64,000 bases of DNA from Nitrospirota bacterium (lineage in GTDB: Bacteria; Nitrospirota; JACRHJ01). Below, in pieces: positions 53,182 through 61,963 of this stretch. Position 1 is the first letter of the stretch. Every line of letters begins with the position of its first letter. The stretch spans positions 32,001 through 96,000 of the forward strand of contig CAVTDB010000009.1 of assembly GCA_963733375.1 (NCBI GenBank), in the 5' to 3' direction. The notes under the pieces were generated by a model. The model made no database searches. It worked only from the letters and a program-made list of their open reading frames with translations, and had not been told where the DNA came from. Both the position numbers and the translations under genes were made by a program.

Positions 53182-53913
53182 TTACCTTGCCTCCTTTAGA
53201 AGTTTCGCGGCCTGCGCTTTCGTGTCGGCGGCGTCCTTGTCGCCTTTTCTGGCCGGGGCCGCAACTATAAATCCAAGCTCCGCCTGAGCTTTGTCCTTCA
53301 TCCCGTTCTTCAGGTATGCCTGGGCCAGGTAGAGGCGGTTCACCAGATTCTCCGGGGCTATCTCTTTAGCCTTGAGAAGCAGTTCAAGACCCTTTTTCTT
53401 ATCCCCTATAAACGACCAGCCGGGGGCGTCTATCAAGACCTTTCCCCTGCTCCTGTACGCGCCGGCGTAATCGTATTCCGGCTCCCTGGCCGAGACCGTC
53501 TCCAGGTCCCTTAAGGCCTCCTTCACGTCCGAGAGGGCCTTCAAGCCCCCGACAACATCGGCCTCCTGCAGTAGCGCCATCGCCTTCCAGTAAAGGGAGA
53601 CGGCGTCGCCCGGGTTTTCCTTGAGAGCTTTTTCGGAAGCGTCGAGCGACTTCTTCAGGTAGTCCAGCTTCCGGTTTTTATCTCCTTCGCCTTCCCCCAG
53701 CAGGTAGAGCGCGCGTCCAAGCTGCTGGTAGACTTTTTGAGAGGGCTATGTCTTAATCAGCGACTCAAGCTGGGCGACCTGCCTGATTATATCGTCCTTT
53801 GAAGAGGCCTTGTCAAGCGCCGCGGCTATGTCGCCTGTCTGCGCGGCGAATGAGACGCCGGACAAGCAAAAAATCGCCGAGGCCAGTAATAGTAAAATCA
53901 GCCCTCGCAGCAT
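53182..53913 (-). CDS. Exported TPR protein, TatT/BstC-like (frameshift near 53745)
   Basis: Signal peptide MLRGLILLLLAS; YDYAGAYRSRGKVLIDAPGW..GDKKKG helical repeats. Confidence 0.65.
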
Positions 53914-54140
53914 TTATCCTTTGAAAGCCTCGGTTTCGCGCCCAGTTTGCTCAGTATAATCGCCATCGGGCAGAACCCGGTCAAGGCGAATACTATCAGG
54001 TTAATGCCTACCAGGCACGTCAGTATCAGCCAGTACGGGCTAACGAACGCGCCCAGAAGCGCCGATATAAGGGTGATGCTTCCGCCAATGAGAAGGGTTA
54101 TTCTCTCAAGGTACCATTTGTCGGTCTTCAATATGTACAT
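53898..54140 (-). CDS. DUF2892 (YgaP-like) membrane protein
   Basis: Two TM helices followed by LTGFCP. Confidence 0.85.
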   Translation of the reverse strand: MYILKTDKWYLERITLLIGGSITLISALLGAFVSPYWLILTCLVGINLIVFALTGFCPMAIILSKLGAKPRLSKDKCCEG

Positions 54141-54142
54141 GG

Positions 54143-55573
54143 TTATTCACCTGCCTTTAATGCCTCGCGCCTTTTGGCAAGGAAGCCGTAGAACTCCTTG
54201 GCCTCCCGGTATATCCTCTTCATCTCGTCCTTATTGCCGAATGCCTTTCTCAGCACCTTTATCACATACTTCGGGCGGTAGTAGAACTTCTTGTAGAACT
54301 TCTCTACCGCCATGAATATCTCTTCGCTCGAAATGGACGGGTAGTTAATGACGCAGCTCTGGTAGCCTTTCTCCGAGACCAGGCTATCGAGGTTTATATA
54401 ACCCTCTTTCACGCACATGTCAAAGAACTTCGTCCCCGGATAAGGCGAGGCGAGCGAGACCTGTATCGTCTCCGGGTCCATCTCGCAGGCAAATTTTATC
54501 GTATTTTCCACGGTCTCTCTCGTCTCACCCGGCAGCCCCAGGACAAACGCCCCGTGCACGATAATACCGAGGTCCCTGCAGTTCTTCGTAAACGTCTTCG
54601 CCTGCTCTATGGTGGTGCCCTTCCTGACGTTATTCAGGATATTCTGGTCGCCCGTCTCGTACCCTACCATTATAACGCGCATGCCCCCGTCTTTCATAGC
54701 CTTTAACGTCTCGTACTTCGCGCTTACCTTGGAGTTGCAGCCCCAGCTTATTCCGAGCGGCTTTAGAAGCTTTGCTATCTCTATCGCCCTGGGCTGGTCT
54801 TCGCAGAAGTTGTCGTCGTCGAAGAATATCTCCTTCACGTCCGGGTAGGCCTTCAGCGCGTATTTCACTTCTTCGATCACGTTTTCGACGCTTCTCGTCC
54901 TGTAGGAGTTCCCCGAGTAGGTCTGGGGCCAGAGACAGTAGATGCACTTGGACGAGCAGCCGCGCCCGGTATAAAAAGACAGGTACGGGTACTGTATCCA
55001 GGGTATCTCGTATTCCCTGTAGTCCAGGTCGCGCTTATAGATTTCCGTCGCGAAGGGAAGAGAGTCCAGGTCATGGATCAGTTCCCTGTCCGGGTTATGG
55101 ACGATGTTATCGTCCCGGTCCCGGTAGCTTATCCCTTTAACGTCTGACAGGCTGGCCCCTCCGGCTATCTCCGGGATGGCGTAATCGAACTCGCCGCGCA
55201 CCACGAAGTCAACCGCCGGGGCGGCTTTAAGAGTCTCTTCCGGGAGTACGCTCGGGTGCGGGCCTACGAAGCATACCAGGGCGCTTTTGTCCCGTTCTTT
55301 TATCTTTGCCGCGAAAGCGGAGTCGTTGCCGAGAGACGGCGTGCTGGTATAGAGCACGAACAGGTTATAATCTTTCGCAATTTCGAGGCTCTCCGGCACG
55401 CCCAGCCCGGAGGCCGGTGCGTCCAGGATGCGGGAGCCGGGCAGCATACCCGCCGGGTACGCAAGCCAGGTGGGATACCAGAAAGAGCGCACCTCGCGCG
55501 TCGCCTGGTAACGGGAACCCGCGCCGCCGTCGAAATCCTCGAAAGATGGCGGGTTTAAAAAAAGCGTCTTCAT
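54143..55573 (-). CDS. hpnJ: Hopanoid biosynthesis radical SAM protein
   Basis: FLNPPSFEDFDGGAGSRYQATREVRSFWYPTWLA; GCSSKCIYCLWPQT. Confidence 0.93.
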   Translation of the reverse strand: MKTLFLNPPSFEDFDGGAGSRYQATREVRSFWYPTWLAYPAGMLPGSRILDAPASGLGVPESLEIAKDYNLFVLYTSTPSLGNDSAFAAKIKERDKSALVCFVGPHPSVLPEETLKAAPAVDFVVRGEFDYAIPEIAGGASLSDVKGISYRDRDDNIVHNPDRELIHDLDSLPFATEIYKRDLDYREYEIPWIQYPYLSFYTGRGCSSKCIYCLWPQTYSGNSYRTRSVENVIEEVKYALKAYPDVKEIFFDDDNFCEDQPRAIEIAKLLKPLGISWGCNSKVSAKYETLKAMKDGGMRVIMVGYETGDQNILNNVRKGTTIEQAKTFTKNCRDLGIIVHGAFVLGLPGETRETVENTIKFACEMDPETIQVSLASPYPGTKFFDMCVKEGYINLDSLVSEKGYQSCVINYPSISSEEIFMAVEKFYKKFYYRPKYVIKVLRKAFGNKDEMKRIYREAKEFYGFLAKRREALKAGE

Positions 55574-56421
55574 TTTCTGTCCTCTCCGAATTGCTTTATT
55601 CGCTCGATGACTCCCTCAATCAGGATATCGGGAGTGGAGGCCCCGGCCGTCACTCCGACTTTCTCCACGCCCTTGAACCACTCCGGGTCCAGTTCCTGGG
55701 CGTTGTCCACTAAATATGATTTCGGGGCCACGGTCTCCGCCACCTCTTGCAGCCTTTTGGAATTCGCGCTGTTCCGGGAGCCGACGGTGATCATTATCTC
55801 CACCTGCTTGCCCAGGTCCATAGCCGCCGTCTGCCTTTTCTCGGTTGCGTCGCAGATGGTGTTGTATATCTCCGACTGCGGGTAGCGCTCCTTTATCTTG
55901 TGCGCCACCTCTTCGAAGAACTTTATGTTCTGGGTAGTCTGGGACACCAGCGCGATCGGCCCGTCCACCATCGGCAGTTCATCTATCTCTTCCATGAAGC
56001 GGAATACATGGGTATTCTCCGGCGCGACCGCCTTGAGGCCCTTGACTTCCGCGTGGTCCTTGTCCCCCAGGAGGAATATCGTATAGCCGGAATTTGTCAG
56101 CCTGGTGATAATGCGGTCTATCTTGCTGACCAGCGGACAGGTGGTGTCCACGACCTTGAGGCCCTTCGCCTCCGCCGTCTCTATGACCTCCGGCGCCGCC
56201 CCGTGCGCGCTTATTATCAGCGTGCCCTCGTCCACCTCGTCCACGTGGTCAACCGACTTCACCCCCCGCGCCTCGAGGTCCTTGACGACGCTTTTATTGT
56301 GCACTATCTCATGCAGGACGAATACGGGGACCGCCTCCTCGGACGCGGTCTTGTGCGCGAGGTCGATCGCCCTCTGCACGCCCATGCAGAAGCCCGCGTA
56401 TTCGGCTAAATAAACTTTCAT
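55570..56421 (-). CDS. ispH: HMBPP reductase
   Basis: GFCMGV, IVHN, SAHG, DTTCPLV, TICDAT, TAGASTP. Confidence 0.95.
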   Translation of the reverse strand: MKVYLAEYAGFCMGVQRAIDLAHKTASEEAVPVFVLHEIVHNKSVVKDLEARGVKSVDHVDEVDEGTLIISAHGAAPEVIETAEAKGLKVVDTTCPLVSKIDRIITRLTNSGYTIFLLGDKDHAEVKGLKAVAPENTHVFRFMEEIDELPMVDGPIALVSQTTQNIKFFEEVAHKIKERYPQSEIYNTICDATEKRQTAAMDLGKQVEIMITVGSRNSANSKRLQEVAETVAPKSYLVDNAQELDPEWFKGVEKVGVTAGASTPDILIEGVIERIKQFGEDRK

Positions 56422-56430
56422 TAGACCCCT

Positions 56431-57700
56431 CTAAAATGGAAAATCCAGCCCCACGAAAGCGTTTATCCCTTCCTTGCCGTAACCGATATCAACCCGCCCG
56501 ACGACATTCGGCTGGACGATGGCCCGGAAACCGACGCCTGGATTGACCTGGTAGTCCTCCAGCGGCTCCTTCCTAAGCGAGCTGTAGACGCGGCCCATGT
56601 CGACGAAAGGCGCCATCTCCCACTCGCTCCAGACATCGAAGAGACGGAGCTTGAAGAGCCTTATCCTCTCTTCGACGTTAAAGAGTACATATCCCTTGTC
56701 ACGGAAGCGGAAGTCTCCGAAGCCCCGGAGCGTATTCTCCCCCCCGATGGTACTCAGCTCGAAAAAGGGTATGTCGTGCCCGCCGGTCATCTGAAAAGCC
56801 GCCTTCAATACCGTCACAAACCCTTTGTTGTTGTCCAACGGGATGAACGTCCTGCCGTCTATCCCTATCCTGGAAAAAATCCTGTCGTGGCTGAAGCTCT
56901 GGCCAAGCATCCCGTAGAGGTTTGAGTACCAGCCTTTAGTCGGGAAGAGCGTTTCGTCCCTGGTGTCGTACGAGAGCGTCGCCTGCCTCTCTATCACCGC
57001 GCCTCCGTTAATCCCCTGGAGGGTCGGGAATTCATCCTTAATGTACGGAAGGCTCTTGGCCGTGCCTTTGCGGATGGTCAGCCAGCGGAGCCTCTCCCCG
57101 TATGAGATCAAAAAGTTGTGCGGGAGGTAGTATCCAAGCACGAACTCCGGCGCTGAGTTCAATATTCGAATAGTTCGTCTCGTCATTTTCCGGGCTTCCT
57201 TGGGTCAAACCGAAGAACCGGTATGTGGAGTCGCGGAAGTAAGTCATCCTGGCGTATATTTTGAACTTGTCGTCCAGTATTTTATTGTTCCAGTACTCTC
57301 CGGTATACTCCTGGTCCACCTTGGTGGAGCGGTTTATGAATATCCTGTAGTTTTCATCTATCGTCGGATAACCCAGGTAGCGGAACGTGATGTTCACGCC
57401 CGTATTCGCGTTATATATTACCGACGGCGCTATGATACCGTAAATATACTCGCTCTTCTCCTTCAGCAGGAAGACGGGCATCACCCCATATTCGTCTCCG
57501 CCGTTTCGGGAAGTATCGTATACCGGCAACGGTATTATAGAGGTATCCGCCCTCGCGACAGCCGGGAAGTAACCAATAGATAACAATAAAGCCGCGGCAA
57601 AAGCGCATGCCGTGGCCTTAGAATAAGGAAGCGCCCCCTTCAACCTTAGTTCCACCCCTTCAGCTTGCGGACAAAAAAAGATGAGGGTAGATATTATCAT
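56431..57700 (-). CDS. Omp85 (BamA/TamA) family barrel protein with no evident POTRA domains (frameshift near 57155; start uncertain)
   Basis: GGENTLRGFGDFRFRD loop-6 motif, FVDMGRV, terminal DFPF. Confidence 0.75.
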
Positions 57701-57737
57701 ACCCTCATCTTAAATGGCAATAGCGTTTTGGGCCGGT

Positions 57738-57792
57738 GACCGGCTCGGGCGACCGGCTGCGGGCAGACCGGCTGCGGAGCAGACCGGCTTAG
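57738..57792 (+). repeat. Short tandem repeat: four copies of a GACCGGCT core in 13-16 bp units
   Basis: GACCGGCTCGGGC / GACCGGCTGCGGGCA / GACCGGCTGCGGAGCA / GACCGGCTTAG. Confidence 0.7.
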
Positions 57793-57796
57793 TAAC

Positions 57797-58340
57797 TCAG
57801 GCCGCGGCCCTTCTATCCTGTCCGGTCAGTTCCCTGACCACCTTCAGGGCGGCCTCGAAATTGGGGAAATCACCCGACTCCTTTACGTATTCGACATGCC
57901 TTATCACGTTATCCTTGTCCACCACGAAAACCGCCCGCTGCAAGAGCCGCAAGTTCCTTTATGAGCGCACCCCAGTTCGCTCCGAACGAGGCGTCCCTGT
58001 AGTCGGAGATTATCGTAAGCCCCCGGACGTCCTCGTCCTCCATGAACCGTTTCTGGGCGAAAGGAAGGTCCATGCTGACCACCAGCCAGGCAACGTCGGG
58101 GTTGTCCATCTTCTCCGCTTCGTCGTTGAAACGTAAGGCTTCCTTGTTGCAGACCGACGTGTCGAGCGACGGCACGGAAGCAATCAGCCTGACCTTGCCC
58201 CTTGCGCTATCGAGGGTATAATCGTTAAGTTTTATGTCGACACACTTGAACTGCGGCGCCTTGTCGCCCTTCTTCAGTTCCGGGCCGAGCACAGTAACAG
58301 GCTGGCCCTTCATCGTGGCGGCGCCTTTTCTTTCCGTCAT
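57797..58340 (-). CDS. tpx: Thiol peroxidase (frameshift near 57940)
   Basis: [31 protein letters not shown]. Confidence 0.92.
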
Positions 58341-58421
58341 GGCGTTACCTCCCGTGTTTCATTTAAAAATATTCGAATTTTCTTTTCTATTAATAAGGGT
58401 AACACTCAGGAGAGCTGAGCG

Positions 58422-59163
58422 TCAAGTCCGGTGCAGGGGCGGAAAACCATAAAAATCTCTCATCTCAGCGGTGTACTCTCTCTCTTTCGCGTAAATGAAT
58501 AGCGGCGGAAGGACCTTCAGGCCCGGAGAACCCTCCTTCACCGCCTCGACCAGGACCATCCGGGCCTCGTCCCCTTTGTGAGAGTGGACGAACAGCAGCC
58601 GCTTCGGCTCCAGGGAATGCGATTTCATCAACGTTATCAGCTCGCTCAGCCGGTCCGGATGATATATAACGCACACCCGCCCGCGGTTTTTGAGCATTAG
58701 CCTGGCGGTTTTTATGGCCTCCTCTATCCCGCCCTTAAGCTCGTGCCGGGCGCTCGCGCGCTCGTCCGTCGGGGCTTATCCTGCCGGTCCCGGGCTTTCG
58801 AAAGGGCGGGTTCATCACGCAAAGCTCAAAAGACCCTGCCGGCAATTTTTTCGGAAGCTCCCGCAGGTCGCCGTGTATAAAATCGACCCTGTCCGAGAGG
58901 TTATTCACCTCAGCGTTCCGCACCGCCCGCTTATAAAGCGAATCCTGTATCTCCACCCCAGTCACGCGCGCTTTAGGGTATTTCAGGGCCAAAAGCAGCG
59001 ACACGACCCCGCTTCCCGCGCCGAGTTCGAGGATGCTCCTGCAGGATTTCAGGCTGGGAAAATCCGCCAGCAGGAGCGCGTCCAGAGAGAAGCGGTATCC
59101 GCTTTTCGACTGGAATACCTGCACTTCAAAGTTGCGGATTTTTATGGAGTCGAAGGTTTCCAC
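58422..59163 (-). CDS. tRNA1(Val) adenine-37 N6-methyltransferase family (frameshift near 58770)
   Basis: GYRFSLDALLLA, ELGAGSG, NPPF, MVLVEAVK. Confidence 0.88.
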
Positions 59164-59165
59164 GG

Positions 59166-59408
59166 TTACAGATTTTTAATTAAATCTTCTTTGGAGATTC
59201 CATTCCAGAGCGAAACATCAGAAAGGATTTCGTCGAGGGTTCCCTTTGCTACTTCTTTGTGGTCCGGGACTGTTACTCTATGCTCGCCCATGACAGTCAT
59301 TCTGCCTAATCGAATATGACTGCCCCTTTGGCGAAGCACGTTGTAACCTAAACTTTTTAACAGCTTGACTACCTGTTGTCCACTTGCCTGAGGAAGCTTA
59401 GGCGACAC
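59166..59408 (-). CDS. hicA: HicA family toxin
   Basis: VVKLLKSLGY..RQRGSH..VTVPDH..KGTL. Confidence 0.9.
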   Translation of the reverse strand: MSPKLPQASGQQVVKLLKSLGYNVLRQRGSHIRLGRMTVMGEHRVTVPDHKEVAKGTLDEILSDVSLWNGISKEDLIKNL

Positions 59409-59616
59409 TGCCTATCTCCAGTTCAGACATAATCATTACGTCTACTTTTTCGCCTTTATTTATCTCTTCCTCAAAGTGAAGCGCCACCGCCTCTTTGATA
59501 TTTTCTATCAACTCATCATACGTCGCGCCTTGCGTGAAAATGCTGTGTTTTATTCCACGAGCGCACCACATTTTATCTTCATCCTGAAAAGTTTCTATTT
59601 TTATATGCATATTCAC
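59398..59616 (-). CDS. hicB: Short HicB family antitoxin
   Basis: FTQGATYDELIENIKEAVALH; overlaps the hicA start. Confidence 0.85.
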   Translation of the reverse strand: MNMHIKIETFQDEDKMWCARGIKHSIFTQGATYDELIENIKEAVALHFEEEINKGEKVDVMIMSELEIGSVA

Positions 59617-59661
59617 CTCTTTTTATAAATTTATCAGATAAATAACCGAAGAGCAACAATT

Positions 59662-61702
59662 TTACATCATGCTCTGCGGGTCAACGTCCACTTCCACCTT
59701 GCAGGCCGGGGCGGCCTTATTCAGATCAATCAGTTTAAGTCCGGCCTCCAGGACTTCATGGAGCTTCTTATGGCTCTTTGAGCGAAGCGTAATGAAATGC
59801 CTGTATTTTCCGCGCACCCGCTTCACCGGGGCCGGCGCGGGCCCCATCACCTCGACACCTTTGCCCCGCGCTTCTTTTTTAAATATCTCAGCCGACGCCG
59901 CCGCCCCCGCCCCCGCCTTTTCCGGCTTTACTCCCTTTACGATTACCAGCGCGAGCCGCGAGAAGGGCGGGAGGCCCAGTTCCTTGCGGAATACAATCTC
60001 CTCATCGTAGAAAGATTTGTAATCATGCCGGGAAGCGCATTGCAGGCTATAATGCTCGGGCCGGTAGGTCTGGACTATGACCTCGCCTGGCACGTCTCCC
60101 CGTCCCGAGCGTCCGGCCACCTGTGTCACCACCTGGAACGTCCGCTCCGCCGCCCGGAAGTCCGGCTGGTTCAGCCCGTAATCGGCGAGGACGACCCCGA
60201 CGATGCCTATGCCCGGCATGTCGTGGCCCTTCGATACCATCTGGGTCCCCACGACTATCTTCGTCTCTCCGGATGCCACATCGTCCAGGAGTTTGACGAA
60301 CCCGCCGCCGGGCGCGACACTGTCTTTGTCTATGCGGGAGGTCTTGAATTCCGGGAACAGCCGCTCCAGTTCGCGCTGTAATTTTTCAGTCCCGCCCCCG
60401 ACATATTTTATCCGGTCCCCGCCGCACTTCGGACAGACGGAAGGGGCGGGATAAGCGGCTCCGCACCAGTGGCATTTCATCTCGCTGCGCCTGCCTGTGG
60501 TAGGTCATGGAGACGGAACAGGCGCCGCATTTGGGGACTTCTCCGCAGTCCCGGCAGATGATGAAGTCTGAGTGGCCCCTGCGGTTAAGGAAAAAAAGGG
60601 CCTGCTCTCCATTTTCAAGCCTTGCCTTGGCGGCATTTACGAGAGGTTCCGTAAGCTGGCCTCCGTGAAACTGGGCGGCCGGCTGCCGGTTCGCCGACCC
60701 ATCCCGCCGGTCCGCCGGCTCCTTCAGGTCCACCAGGGAGACCTTCGGCATCGGCCTGCCCGCCGCCCTGCCCGGAAGCTCGAGCAGTGTATATTTCCCT
60801 GATACGGCGTTATGGTAGCTCTCAAGCGACGGTGTCGCGCTGCCCAGGATTACCGGGCATCCGGACAGCTTAGCGCGCATTACCGCTGCGTCCCGCGCGT
60901 TATAACGCACACCCTCTTCCTGCTTATAGGATGCGTCGTGCTCTTCGTCCACTACGACCATACCGAGCCGCTCGAAAGGAGCGAAGACCGCGGAGCGCGC
61001 CCCAACCGCCACCAGCGCCTCTCCCTGCCGTATGCGATGCCATTCCTGCCGCCTCTGGACAGGGGTCAGGCCGCTGTGCAGCACCGCCACTTTCTCTCCG
61101 AACCGGCGTGAGAACCGCCGGACAAGCTGGGGGGTAAGGGATATCTCCGGCACCAGCACGACGGCGCCCATGCCGGCCTCCACGACGGGCTTAATCGCCT
61201 GGAGATAGACCTCGGTTTTTCCGCTCCCTGTCGCGCCGTGAAGCAGGAATGGGACAAACGTGCCGCTATCCACGGCATTTATTGTCCCTAAAGCCTCTTT
61301 CTGCGCAGTGGTTAACTGAAAAACCGGCTCCGCCTCGCCGTAAGCCCCCATTTTTTCCCGCACTTCTTTCCTGGGCCGGGAAGGCTTGCCTTCCTCTACC
61401 CCCGGCGCGATGGCCGCGGCAAGGACAAGCCCCAGTGGTGCGAGATAATATTCCGATAGCCATTTAGCCAGTTTAAGAAGTCCTTCCGGCACCAGAGGCG
61501 ATGCATCCGGGATGTCGATTATATCCTTGTAATCGAATTGCCCCTCCCCTGACGAAAAACCGACTATAAAGCCTGTTTTGAGCTGGCCTGAGAGCGGGAC
61601 TATTGCCCTCTGCCCCACCCGGGCCTTCTCCCGGAGGCGCTCCGGGACCGTGTAGGTAAAGGTTTTCCTGGCGGCCAGACCGATAGCTATTTCAGCGTAC
61701 AT
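59662..61702 (-). CDS. priA: Primosomal protein N' (frameshift near 60485)
   Basis: GATGSGKTEVY, DEEH, SATPSLES, two Cys4 clusters, QVAGRSGR, DVDP. Confidence 0.97.
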
Positions 61703-61890
61703 AACTTATTTGTTTTGACTTGTTGAGCGTTAACAAGCAATAACTATAATTGAAATCGCGCAAAATTAATACTAATGTGCTATAAATCACGCTAAATTAC
61801 TAATGCTTGGAAAGGTGGGAATTATTAGAAAAATTAAGCTTTTTGCCAACTTACATCTTCTTATTTAAAATAATTCTTTTAATACGCACA

Positions 61891-61906
61891 GGGCCTGAAA
61901 TTTGCA
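61891..61906 (+). promoter_or_regulatory. Possible sigma54 promoter
   Basis: GGGCCTGAAATTTGCA (GG-N10-GC with good -12 TTGCA, imperfect -24) after an AT-rich upstream region. Confidence 0.35.
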
Positions 61907-61963
61907 TCAGTATTTAAAAGAAGCTTATATCTATTCACTAATGTATTCGGACACCGACGGATT

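Noticed and set aside
63-61702. Widespread pseudogenisation or programmed frameshifting
   Set aside because: About 30 genes are split, including essential proS, cdsA and priA, often at short homopolymers (for example an extra A in fabG near 1712). Sequencing or consensus error explains this best.
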